A stretch of 62,783 bases of DNA, the filler included, from Sphacelaria rigidula (lineage: Eukaryota), in NCBI GenBank assembly GCA_964200075.2. It is 7 parts of 7 records of this genome, joined end to end, with 100 filler letters (N's around TTAATTAATTAA, not from the genome) between each part and the next. Parts side by side here need not be neighbours in the genome. Positions count along the whole stretch, not along the records: positions 26,953 to 35,835 come from CAXNAA020009842.1; positions 35,936 to 44,818 come from CAXNAA020009843.1; 5 more parts are not named here. One strand, given 5' to 3'. Numbering within the stretch: the first letter of the stretch is position 1; the number at the start of each line of letters is the position of its first letter. Below, piece after piece: positions 26,853-38,608 of this stretch. Under the pieces are notes generated by a model, which was not told where the DNA came from, ran no database searches, and worked only from the letters and a program-made list of their open reading frames with translations. Both the position numbers and the translations under genes were made by a program.

Positions 26853-26952
26853 NNNNNNNNNNNNNNNNNNNNNNNNNNNNNNNNNNNNNNNNNNNNTTAA
26901 TTAATTAANNNNNNNNNNNNNNNNNNNNNNNNNNNNNNNNNNNNNNNNNNNN
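26853..26952. other. artificial contig linker
   Basis: N44-TTAATTAATTAA-N44. Confidence 0.97.
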
Positions 26953-26994
26953 TTTTTTACAGAGGTTTTCTCTCCTCTTTTTTCTTCAAAGAAA

Positions 26995-27070
26995 GTGCGT
27001 CCGACGGGAATCGAACCAGCGACTAACTTTTGTGACGGTTTTAAAGAGACAATCAACTAGACTACTGATC
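26995..27070 (-). mobile_element. tRNA-derived SINE head (second family)
   Basis: minus strand has A-box-like TAGTCTAGTTGA and B box GGTTCGATTCCC at tRNA-like spacing, but I could not fold a clean cloverleaf. Confidence 0.55.
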
Positions 27071-27221
27071 AGCGCTGACTGGTCAGTAGTCTAGTTGGTT
27101 GTCTCTTAAACCGTCACAGTCTGTAACTCACTCGTTCCCTCATCACTAACATATTCACACATACACACAGCCACACAAAACCACACACATCGACTCGCTA
27201 ACATCCCGAAATCATCTCCAG

Positions 27222-27488
27222 GGATGCGGCAGGTGCGGTGGTGCTGTTGCAGCTGTTCGGTTGGAATCAGGGGCTCCAGACATGGGGGCGCGACGCGGCT
27301 TGCCAGCGGCACAGCTTAGCGAAGGTCTTGCTGGGGGATTTGACGACGACGGTAACGACGACGAGAACGAGCAGCGGCAAGGTGGATAAGAAATTGAGGC
27401 GACAACAGCAGCGCAGACAAGAGCCTCGGGCGGGAAGGTGGCATCGGATACGAACGGGGTTGAGGAACGGGCCGCGGAAATGGATGAG
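27222..27488 (+). CDS. candidate exon of an unidentified gene
   Basis: ctccag|...GAG|gtatgc, 267 nt, GC-rich; open in phase 2, one TAA in phase 0. Confidence 0.45.
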
Positions 27489-28491
27489 GTATGCCAAGGC
27501 GTTTGGTGTGTGTAGGGGGGGAGGGAAGGAGAGGGCAGCACGGATCGAGATTTGGAACAGGTGAATGCAAGGGGAATGCGGGCACCCTTCCGCGATAGAG
27601 GCGCGTAGTAGTACCTGGCAGATAGGGAGAGAGGTGGATGTGTTCGAATACATTCCTGACAAACGGCCGAGCTGTAGTTTGCACCAAGGCGGAATAGTTT
27701 GATCGAAGAAGTGATGGTCAAAATGCGATGGGGGCAGGTGGGAATGGAAGGAGATCGGACGTGACATGTTGATGTATAGAGCTAGAATGCGCGCGTTGCG
27801 GAGAGCATGGCATACGCCCAGGACTTGCGCTTTTTTCGTCCTGTGCTCAGCGTTGAAAAGCAAAAGCTGGATTTGTTCGCTCATGCTACAAAACCGTTGG
27901 GGCATGTGAAAATGGGGTGAGACTGGTTGAGGGGTAAGGAGAACACATGGTTACACTCGTCGACCTCTGCCGGCATGTGATGTTGCATCCCTGTCATGTC
28001 GGGTGGTTGGGAGTACACCGTATGTATTCGTGCAGTCTCATGGAATTTTCCTCCGCCCCACTGGCATTTCCCACGAGTGTTTTCGGATTGTGGATGATTT
28101 GGATCGGACATCACCTCACGGGAGGCAAGGCACAAGAATGCCTTGAGAGACGCGTACTGTCACGCTGCCCGTTTCGCTTTCACAAGCCTGTACTGTACGC
28201 TATTTGTTCTGACATGATGCCGGCGTGCTTCGGGTGACCACCACGGTTATCCATAGTGCCAAGTAGGGAAGCAAGCGCGGGTTCCTAGATGAACCGGAAA
28301 CGCTCCGAAGTCAATCACGCGCATTTCAAGGGGAGCTTCAACATTGTGTGGGTGATGAATTTATGACAGTGTTGGGCAACTAGTAGTCATTGCAGAATTC
28401 CTATTTATAACGAATATGCGACGAGTCTTATGTAAACAATAGCGGCATAGTTGCCTGCAGACGATCACTGAGTGAAAAACGTGTGCAACTA

Positions 28492-29703
28492 CGAGCTGGG
28501 CCAGCGTAGGGGTGAATTTGTAGTTCGCAGGCCCATTCGCCGCCCAATATTTAGAGTTGGATCCTAAAATTTGGTATGGACAATGAGTAGGGCATAATAA
28601 TAAAACAAACACCCGCGCACACAAATATTTTCCTTCTTCGTGATTCACTGGCAATTCACTGATACCTGAAAACCGATTATTGACTTGAACTCATGATAAA
28701 AAATTCTTCATGTGCACAGGTAATTTTTTCATTATGCCCTATTCATGGTCCGTGCCAAATTATAGGGTCCAACTCTGAGTATTGGCCGGCAAATGGGCCG
28801 TTGAGTAATGTGTCGGTAAAAATCAGAAGAAAACTTTGCAGGTCACTTACCGGCTCACCTTTGTGTATTCAAATTTTGTGTGGGACCTTGCTAGGGCATA
28901 ATGAACCAAGAAAAGTGGATCAGGTTTGTATTTTTATATATATGTTCACTGGTTTAGGGCGTTTTAGAGTAGTAACGACCATTTTTTTACGAGAACGCCC
29001 GAACCTCTACATAAAAAATGAAGTCCGGTTTTGTTTTTTATTCAGCATACATCTGTGGTTTTTCATGCTAAGTTTCAAATCACAATTCTAAAACTTTGAG
29101 CTAAAAAGTTGAGATAAGGCCCAAGAGCAATGTTCGCTTCTCCTCAAAACTCCCCTTGATAAACGAAAAAAACGAAAAACGTGAAAAAATCTGTTTATTT
29201 TATTTTATTATGCACTAGCTGTTCTCCGTACGAAATTTCAGAGCACAACCCTCAGAGGCTGAGTCGCGATATCTAGATTTAGGGCATCTAGTTAGTCCCT
29301 CTGCTCGTAATATATCGGTTTTAGTATTGAACCTCATGTGCGCCATATGTCGGGATAGGTCACGAATTAGGTGAAGGTGAGGGTATCTAACGTCTCCCCG
29401 TGCTCCAGGGAATGTCCACATCAAAAATCGCTATCCTGCTGAACACCAAAAATCGCCATCCTGCTGAATGTGTCGCTCAGGGTTTCATATAGATGTTAGT
29501 ATGGACGCTATCTCCGTACGGTATAGGTATTACTAGACATGAGGTTTAGTCAACGAAAAAATATTGACCCAGACTTTTGAGCAGAAAGGCACCTTCCCCT
29601 TGATCAGACGATTAATGCGATTCGCGGATCACGGCCCAACTCGTTTGTGTCGATGAGATCATCCGTTGAGAGCCTAAATCTATTTCTAGGCTGGCCCAGC
29701 TCG
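28492..29703. mobile_element. non-autonomous Tc1/mariner-type element, 1212 bp
   Basis: TA|CGAGCTGGGCCAGCGTAG ... CTAGGCTGGCCCAGCTCG|TA; removing it restores a unit of the surrounding minisatellite. Confidence 0.75.
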
Positions 29704-32441
29704 TAGTCACTTGTAGACGACTGCTGAATGAACCTGTGATATTAGCCGCTTGTAAACGACTGTCGAATTGAAAACATGCGAGGCTTGTCGCCTCTAAACG
29801 ACCAGTAAAAGAGCAACGTGTGCGACTAGTCGTCTGTAGACAACTGCAGGGTAGAAGGAAGATGTGTGCGACTAGTTAGGTCGTGCCTTGACCCAAATTT
29901 TGGCAAAATAACTTCTGAGTCGAATCAACTCGTTTTTTTCCGGAAAGGTCTGAATTCACAGAGATGAAAGAGCGAAGGAATGAACGGTGACTCGACCGAG
30001 CAAGCTACTACAGGACCGGGCTCACGTTGTACAGGGTATCGCCATTTGAAGTGCTTCGACCCCATGCAAACAAATGGAGCGGCTCCTTGCTTTACATCCA
30101 CGCTTGCCAGCACATATGGAGCTCTCAAGCCCAAGGACACTTAATCCAGCGATAGTCTCTTCTCAGCTACATAGAAGGATCTTCTTTCCAGGGAAATCGG
30201 TTCAGTAGGGGATTAATCACACCACAACGCGTGGAGTTCAAAGTAGAAGCGGGCGTATTTGCACCGTTTGCATTGGTTTTTCACTGTGCCACGGCTACTG
30301 AACATGTCGGTTGGTTATGATTTAGGTCTCACAGCTGTCACTGGATCCAACCCAGAGAATGAGGAGGTACACCGTGCTCGGTCAACCGTCAACCAAGAGC
30401 TACATTCCGGTGTGCATGATGATGCATCTCGAGCAGTAAGTAGTGGCATGGCGTTGGTGCAGTGGAGTGCTGTGTGCATCCTAGCTCAATGTTTCTAGCC
30501 GCACTACTCGGTTGAAACACTACCACACGGCACCTCGTATGTTCTTGTTCATCGGCCCGTTCATTTCTTCCATGTATAGGTATGGGTTTTGTCATTCCGA
30601 CAGATTCCAGCGACGAGCGAGAAAGAAATGAGAAATGGTGAATAAAAATCGGGTCCCGTAATCAATGGTCCGCTGAGGATCTTTTTCATTTCTCGCTCCG
30701 AAAAATATCACGAAAGTTCGGGCTGGGACACGACCTCACCTGTGAGCAACTTCGGATCCAAAATGTCGCGCAACTAGTCGTATGTGAACAAATTTCATCC
30801 GAAAAGGGCTGCTCCATCAACCAATCATGTGGCAGCAACTTTCGCCAGAAATAACGCAACTAGACAGGCGGTAGACTACATAGTCGTCGTTATTCGCACG
30901 GGGTGTGACCATCTTTCAAAAGTGTCTGACAAATGATGTCCCTTTGTTTCGCGTTGAAAGGTCTCATGATCTTCAGTGATAATTGAGAGATATTGGTGGG
31001 AAATGTCTGAATAATCACCGCTATTTGTTTTTATGACGTTGAGAGCTTTCTTCGTCATCGCCTGTGGGTTGTTTTTTCCTATCAATTACTTCGTTCCGTT
31101 TAAGCGCGTTGAAAAGTGTTGGAGTTGCTCCATAAGTCGTGGCGATGAGTGTGTGCCCGAATGTTCTTACCTCTCTAGCGAAGCAGAACAAGACTCCGGG
31201 CCATGTTTGGTTGCCGGGTGGATGATGCTTAGTCTGCATTAATGAACATTTCTGTAGCTGCCATGTTATACTGTACCATCATGGCGCACCCCAGATGACG
31301 AGAGAGCTGATCGGGCACACAGAAATGACGAAACTGCTGGAAAGGTCTCCTCACTCGTCCGTTCGTCGCGCCCCAGGTCTCCGTTGTAGTTTTTGGGGAA
31401 GTCTCGTACTGTGACTGAAAAGTATGGAGTTGAGACCCCCAATGCATATTTTCCGTGAGGAGTTTCCAAGTGTTGGGGTCATAAATCGCATGTGTTCGAT
31501 AGATCGGTACCGGGGCATTCTATTTACACATACTGTGGATGACAAACCCGTGTCTAAGCAGGGTTCTATGGCTCTGTTATTAATTTTAATGGAGGATGAT
31601 GCCGTGAAGTGTATCGTGAGAATAATGATTGTACCTACCTACCTACTTTCTTTTCTTTTCCCCCTTTTTTTTGCCCATCGTTTCATTGTATTTTATTTCG
31701 TCTGCTCTGCACTTTCCTCTTCTTTTCCTTTTTTCTTTTTTCTTGTTTTGGGTCGGTCATGTCTTTCTGTGCTTTGTTTGTGTTTCCTTTTTTATTACCT
31801 TTTTTTTCGTTACGACTTAATCTGCTATGTCGTTCTGTTCGACCCCCCTTTTTTTTCTGTTCCTTTTTTTTCTCAGAGCGTGTTCTAGTTTCGTTTTTCT
31901 TGGGTACGTCTGTCATGAGACCATGGCTGGACCCCTGGGGGGTCAGTTAGAGTGCGACGATAAATCAAAGTCATTCAATCAAAACCTACCGTAGTGAACC
32001 CGCACTAGGAAGCCGCGTACACAAGACGGAGTATTTTCAGCGTATCAAGGATCTATGCTGGACAAGGAATTGACTTCTGGAGACATTACCCGCGACAAAG
32101 CGGGTGGGCAGAAAATTTCGCATTTTTGTCTGGTCACTATGCCGTCTTATGTTGCAGGTGAACTACTGCTTGTATCGGAGTTTGGTAGGTGACCTTGATG
32201 GTAACCTAGCTGTCTGAGCAGAGAGGTGGGTCGCTGCGACACCAAAGCAAAACCCAAAAATATCGAGACACTGAGTCCACACAAAACATCCCGCGCACCA
32301 CCGATTTCTGGGTCGATACGAATCGAAAACGGACATGACAGAAAAAACACGTTCATGGCATACAGGATGTCTTAGTTTATGCCCTTCTCGGTTGTTCTAA
32401 TAATGATTATCTGACTACCCCCTCTACCGTCACGCGCACAG

Positions 32442-32513
32442 AGTCAACTGGCCGCCGCTTTGGAACGCGAAGAGTGCGATACGGCGGCGGAGGCGGATTC
32501 CCGTACGGAGCAG
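32442..32513 (+). CDS. candidate small exon (possibly the same gene as 27222-27488)
   Basis: gcacag|AGT CAA...GAG CAG|gtgatg, 72 nt, SQLAAALEREECDTAAEADSRTEQ in phase 0. Confidence 0.4.
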
Positions 32514-32788
32514 GTGATGCGTATACATATATCGAGAACATATTCACACGCCCTGGTCGACAGCCCGGAGCGATGACATGTGCTCTGGGGCGGATACAAA
32601 TTGTCCCGATCGCGTCTGGCGCTGTGTTAGTTTTTTGTTTTCTGTCATTTTCTATCATGAGCGCATGATAACATTTTATGTCAGAGATACATCAGCATAG
32701 CATAAATCAACGTCACTTCACCGAACCGAATCGAAGAGATAAAGTGTACCGGGATCAGCGTGTTATCTCACAAAAGGTATAGAACAGT

Positions 32789-33214
32789 CAACAGCCTGGA
32801 TCCGTTTTTGAGGTTCAACATTTGGGTGAGGTTAAACTCGAAAACAGTGCTTTTCCTTACCGAAAGTCATGATCAATGATTTTCACATGGACGACCTCAT
32901 GCCCCCCGACCTCCTTCAAACGATTTATGGGGGTTTCCCGTCTTCCGTGCCCCCAAAGCGTATGTGCGAAAGCACCTTTTTGCCTCGATCTCGGGGCAAA
33001 AAACGGCACGTTTTTAGCCCGAAATTGGTGCTTTCGCATATACGCTTTGGGGGCACGGAAGACGGGCAATCCCCGAAAATAGTTTTAAGGAGGTCAGGGA
33101 GCATGAGGTCGTCCATATGAAATTCATTGGTCGTGACTTCAGGTCAGGGAAAGCACTGTTTGCGAGTTGAACCTCACTCGAATATTGAAGCTAAAAAACG
33201 GATCCAGGCTGTTG
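32789..33214. mobile_element. fold-back MITE, about 425 bp
   Basis: CAACAGCCTGGATCCGTTTTT ... AAAAACGGATCCAGGCTGTTG, about 195-bp imperfect inverted arms; TSD not resolved. Confidence 0.8.
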
Positions 33215-34409
33215 GTCTGTGCTATTCGTCATGTCGAGCTACTCGGCTCGAGGAGGTGTGCTGAATGCTCTGTCTTGGCTCACCAGGAAGTTGGGCGGGT
33301 TTGCCGCGGGAGCTCTACAGCGGTGAGATAGGTGACGTCTCCCACGCGATGTGTGTAAGCAGACGAAAATCAACATTCTCAGAGTAAAGCTGGGGTCACT
33401 GCGAAATACTTCCCCCGAGAGTCTAGCACAAGGACAGAGTTGAATTGGACATCCAAGCGCAACGCATCACCGCATACGGTGGTTCGTTCGCAACATTGAC
33501 GTCCCGCGTCAGCTTATAGTACCACCCGACTTGAAGTAACCGCTGGTCTGTACGGGTGTCGATTTGTGTTCATCTCTGTCAACCATGGAGTTTAGTGACG
33601 GAGCTTTCATGTAGCGATACTCCAGAAGGAAAATATAAAAACATTTCAATAAAGCGCATTGAAACCAAAGGGTTCACGCTGTTTGTACTCGTGAGACGAC
33701 AGAGAGCAACACCTGTACGCGCATTGCTTGTGGTGCCGGGTCAATTCGAAGACACCCTCGTATCCATCCACACGATTGCACGCATTTTATAGGCACACAC
33801 GCGGCCGGCTGACTCCCCAGTCCACGCGCAACACCATTCTGATGTCCCCGTGCCATTGACGCAGCAGACTGGAAGCGACACTGCACCGGTCCACGTTGCA
33901 CCTAAGGAGAGGATGTGCCCGAAGTATTTGGGGCCGGGGCCGTGACGTGATGGAGAAGTAAAACCTTAGCACTGTGTAGGATGGGATTGTGTGTCCGCCT
34001 TTCCGGCTGTCGTTCATACACATTCTTTTCACCGGTGTCCGCCCCCGCCCCGCCCGTATTAATTCACCACGTAGAATATATACTGTATATTGGGCATTTT
34101 TTCGTCGTTTCCTTTTTCAGGTGTTGTGGTGTTTTGGTGTTGTGTTGTGGTGCTCTAGGCTCGAAGCGAAACCTGGTCCTCTGCGCGCAAAAAGCAGTGT
34201 GCGAGTGTGTCTGGAAGTATAGGTTCATATTAATGGTAAGATAGGCGACAGATGTGAACAGGAGGCACAACATCTGTTAGATTTCGGAGTGAGCATGGGG
34301 GTGTGAGGGAGGAACATCCTTGGAGTTCGAGCCCTCAAGCACAACGGTAGAGTGAGTGGGTGAGCGGTCGCTTTTAGGTTGTTGTTTTTTCAAGTTTCTT
34401 GAGACGCAG

Positions 34410-34583
34410 GAAGCGGTGGCTTCCTTGAGCCCCCTTTTGCCGGCTAGCGACCGCCAAATGGTCTGCCTCGACCGTCTCCGACGGGAGGTGGTGCTCGTGT
34501 CCAACGGGCACATACACCTTTATAACTTCTTCTCTGGATGTTGCCGAGGTGGCCGACTGTGTTGCCCGTTCGACCCACATTAG
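34410..34583 (+). CDS. candidate downstream or terminal exon
   Basis: ttttcaagtttcttgagacgcag|GAA GCG GTG; EAVASLSPLLPASDRQMVCLDRLRRE...; 3' boundary uncertain. Confidence 0.3.
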   Translation, partial: EAVASLSPLLPASDRQMVCLDRLRREVVLVSNGHIHLYNFFSGCCRGGRLCCPFDPH

Positions 34584-35835
34584 TCACATCCCGGGATAGT
34601 CCGAGCAACACCTGTACAAAGATTCGTTGCGAAACTTGAGCAATTGATGCTGCGCGGTCGTTTTCACCTTCAATGTCTCCGAAAAGTCATTTCTGTGCCA
34701 AAATCAAGTAGTTTGGAGTTTGTACCTTTCAAGCTTACTTCATCGCCCTGAGGAGATGGATTCTGATTCTCTACACACATATATTATAGATTATAACGAG
34801 ACCTTTTTTTGGACGAGTGTTTTTTTAATTATTCTCGCCCGTTATCGGGGATCCCAGAAGGGCATGTGAAGGGTGTGTACCCCCGAAAACCATAGGACTC
34901 CCGATAACCGACATGAAAGCATGTTCATAGAAAGTTTTGTAGTGACCCATTGTATATGTATGCAGCGTTTTAGAGCCTGACTCGATAAAACGGCATGAGG
35001 TTGTGCAAATCAATGAATTTCGGTTGATAAGAAGCATTCCTGTACAATATTGCGTATCAGACAAACCGTTTCATTCGTGATGTGCATCGAAGTGAGATTT
35101 CAGGAGATGATATCCGTTACATCAGTGATGTCCATGTAACATTGTTATAAAACATTACAATATCTGCTAAGGAGGGAGGGGAGGACATACGATACACGTA
35201 CCGCCCTTGATACGTAGATGCAGAAATTAAAGGGAAAATGGAAGACACATCAGAAGGAAAGTTAAGACAAGTGAATTAAACAGAAAGTGAGAAAGAATGG
35301 GGAATAAAAAAGGAACAAAAACATATAATTAATTAAATGAATAAGGGATATATAGAAAGTGAGAAAAAAATAGTGGAATAAAGTGAAATCAACGCAAAAA
35401 AAAATAGCAAACAAGTAAAACAAAACGCCAAGGGTCACTGCGGTATGCCTTTTTGAGGTCGGTAACATTTATCATTGTATTTTTGGAAGAAAAATGAGCG
35501 ATGCTACGGTAGGGTTGCACTTTTTGCGCGAAATCTTGTCTGGTTCAGGGGCTCCTAAAGATTTTAGATGCACAAGATCATGTGTCAGGGCACCGCCGTT
35601 TGCAAATTCATTCGAGAAATCCCTAGCACATTAGAATAGTAATCCTGGCGTACTCCCACATATTTCATAAGTCGTGTTTTGGATGAGATAATGCGTTATA
35701 TAGCCTCTGCCAGACGATCTTGGATGCTATCTGATCACCCGTTTGGAGTGTACTGCTAAGGACCCCAGTGCACACACTCTTGGAATGAGTAAGGGAGACG
35801 AGGACTTCTAGGACACGGTGAAAGCGACAGCACTA

Positions 35836-35935
35836 NNNNNNNNNNNNNNNNNNNNNNNNNNNNNNNNNNNNNNNNNNNNTTAATTAATTAANNNNNNNNN
35901 NNNNNNNNNNNNNNNNNNNNNNNNNNNNNNNNNNN
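35836..35935. other. artificial contig linker
   Basis: N44-TTAATTAATTAA-N44. Confidence 0.97.
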
Positions 35936-35936
35936 T

Positions 35937-35982
<46 letters not shown>

Positions 35983-36051
35983 GCGTGTGCGTGCGTGCGT
36001 GTGCGTGTGCGTGTGCGTGTGCGTGTGTGCGCGTGCGCGTGCGTGTGTGTG
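35936..36051. repeat. compound (TG)n/(TGCGTG)n microsatellite at contig start
   Basis: directly visible. Confidence 0.9.
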
Positions 36052-36234
36052 GCCTTTACCTGCATCGACTGATACCACGGGCTAACGGCAGAGAGATTTT
36101 TTGTCCCTTGAGGTGCGTCCTGCATTGGATACATTTTTGTTTTATGTCGACACCCGTCTACTGCTGCTGGTGTTGCCGGTGCTGCTACTCTTACTACGGC
36201 TCTTTTGGGTGTGATTGTGTCGCCTGCCGAACAG

Positions 36235-36415
36235 CATCCAGTACCTGACCGGCACGAAGGACCAAGTGGAGAAGGCGGCCAAGGCGTACCGGGTGTACTT
36301 CTCCAAGACCGAAGAGCACAACGAGGACGAGCCTTACCTCGTGGATCACTCCATCGTCATCTACCTTCTCGCCCCCGATGGAGAGTTCTTGGACTTTTAC
36401 ACGCAACGAACCACG
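36235..36415 (+). CDS. SCO1: SCO1/SenC cytochrome c oxidase copper chaperone, penultimate exon
   Basis: aacag|C ATC CAG...ACC ACG|gtaagt; LTGTKDQVEKAAKAYRVYFSK...YLVDHSIVIYLLAPDGEFLDFY contains the SCO signature with the Cu-ligand His (VDHS); upstream exons are off-contig. Confidence 0.95.
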
Positions 36416-36468
36416 GTAAGTTGAACAAACAATGACCCACCGAAATCCGCGCAAAACGTCCAAACCTA

Positions 36469-36819
36469 TGTGTGTGTTGTCCCATTTATTCTGGGCATCA
36501 GGCTACACCTTTTGGTATACGTGAGCGCATCAGCCGGGGTCACACAGGAGGAAGGTCAACGCAGGAGCTCTTTTTATTTATTTTTTAGTACCCCAACTTC
36601 CTTCTGCGGTACTTGCCTTTATTTTTAATCGCGAGAGGAGTTCAGCTGTCCCTTTCCCTCGTCGCCCGTTCAGTCGAATTTTGTGTACCCACGACATAGT
36701 ACCTCTCCACTGTTGGGCATGGTGTGAGAAACGATTCCAGATCGCTCCGGGAATCGAACCCACCTACTCAACCATCAGACGGTTACGAGGTTACCAACTG
36801 AGCCACTGAGACGACTGGT
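36469..36819 (-). mobile_element. SINE family A, near full-length copy in the SCO1 intron
   Basis: minus-strand head with A box TGGCTCAGTTGG and B box GGTTCGATTCC, body shared with other copies in the window, (CA)n tail. Confidence 0.85.
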
Positions 36820-37753
36820 GAAACCTATACGTACGAAAAATAAGTGGAAGGAAAAAAGAAAGCGGTCGGTACCTCCCTCACCGGCGGTGAAGGCTATGGA
36901 GATTTGTGTACGTAGTGGAGGCAAATGGTGGGATTTCACGCGAGAAAAATAACAACGACGGAAATTCTCGGAGAAGAATCCGGGGAATTCAAGTCGCGTG
37001 CAGGCTGATGGAGGAAGAGAGAGAGTAGCTGTATTTGTAGAGGTCGTTCCATCACCCGAGAGCGTCGTTTTTGTTCGTAGAGTGCCGAATCGCAGCGTAT
37101 CGTACAAATTCTGCGGTTCAATGCTTCGGAGCGTGTTGCTTTATCGCCCGTGGCACACTCTTTGCCTCTTTGGGGGATGCTGTTGGCACACCTAGTGTTT
37201 TATCAATATTTGCGTTAATTGTTCATCGTGTCGGTACTCTCCACGGCCCCCAGAAGACGTATGATCTTAAGACATTACTACAGGCTGATCCCCCGTGCTC
37301 GATGTCATTTTTTAGGGGGGAGGGGGTACTTTCATATGTTGTTCTTTTTATCTTCAAGTGTTCGCGAGTTCTCGGATTTTCGAAACCAAATCTTGACTTC
37401 GTAAAAGATGCTGGTGTCAGTATATTGGGGTCGAAGACAGTGAAGTGCTCACTGTCCGCTGTGCACAAGAAACAGAAAAATGGCATGCGTACGTGTGTGC
37501 GCGTGAGCAAACACTGAGCAAACACTCGTCCTGTTTCTTTTCCTAGTTGCCTCTAACCATACCTTCCACCTCCGCCCCCCCTTCCCCCCAAGCCCAATAT
37601 CCTTCTCTCTCATTCTTGATGCTTCAAACGACTAAGGCAAGTAACAAATGATGACGCCTCCCCTCCCCGCCGCCAATCCTCTGTGCTTGCGTGTTGCTTG
37701 TCGCACTTGTTATGCGGGTGCGCACTGTGTACACTCGTCTTCGGGTACTGCAG

Positions 37754-37825
37754 ATCGCCGATTGCGTGAGCAGGACCTTGGAGCAGGTCAAGGAATTCAA
37801 ATCGAAGAGCAAAATTGCTTTGTAG
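37754..37825 (+). CDS. SCO1: SCO1 terminal exon
   Basis: ctgcag|ATC GCC GAT...TTG TAG, phase 0; IADCVSRTLEQVKEFKSKSKIAL* supplies the expected C-terminal helix. Confidence 0.75.
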   Translation: MADCVSRTLEQVKEFKSKSKIAL

Positions 37826-38527
37826 GCGACGACACCCTCTTCACAGTGGGCGAACTGTAATACTGTGCGATGGGGCACGGGTATGCACAGTGTCTAACAA
37901 AAAAAAAAACTCCCCCCCCCCCTCTGTTTTTGCTTTTTGCCTGGCTGCTGGCATTGATGGCCCGCGAGTGAACTATCATGAACGCTCATGTACAAGAGAC
38001 GCAAACTTTGTCTCTGTTCTCGGTTGCCATGGTATCCGTCAGATTGTCTACCTGCTTTGGTGACTGAAGGGAGAGTGCTGGCAATACGGGCCAGAGCGAC
38101 GTGTCGTGTGCACTGTAGGCTGGAATTGGTCGGTCGTGTGAATCAATAACGAAGTCATTGGTTGCGTGCATGCAGTGGGTAACCTGAGTGCTCGTTCTAT
38201 CCCGCTCTCCGCGTTGATAGGGGGTCGTACCAGGTGAAGGCATGATGTCTTCGGGTCGGGAATCGTGCTTTGCTTGAGAGCTCTAAACGTAATTTCTTGG
38301 TATCAAAGATGGCAAAATAGACTGGGGGAGAGACTCGTTTTGCACGGTTTCCCTAAGGGAAAGGCATCGAACGAGGCAAGATCACGTCTGCACGTCCTCG
38401 TGTGCATCATTCATTCTCTTAGCTTTCAGTGCCGCCTTCTTGAGTGCGCGGTCGCTGTAGCTCGTGGTGACTCCCTGAGGAAACGAAGACAAAAGCCTCG
38501 AAGGTACGGCTGTCCTCGCATAACACG

Positions 38528-38608
38528 CTAGCGTTCAAGCCGCGAGCTGAGCGTGGACAAGGCGGCTACGCCGAGCGCAATGATCTGCTCTTCACCCGAC
38601 GTTCTCCG
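38528..38608 (-). CDS. probable terminal exon of the coiled-coil gene
   Basis: ttttcag|CGG AGA...CGC TAG; RRTSGEEQIIALGVAALSTLSSRLER*; phase 0 matches the donor at 40272. Confidence 0.5.
   Translation of the reverse strand, partial: RRTSGEEQIIALGVAALSTLSSRLER

Noticed and set aside
36735..36819. tRNA gene
   Set aside because: A and B boxes are present but I could not fold an acceptor stem or anticodon arm, and it is fused to a multi-copy SINE body.
442..37825. Functional cluster linking the OSCA channel and SCO1
   Set aside because: They lie on different concatenated contigs with no evidence of linkage.
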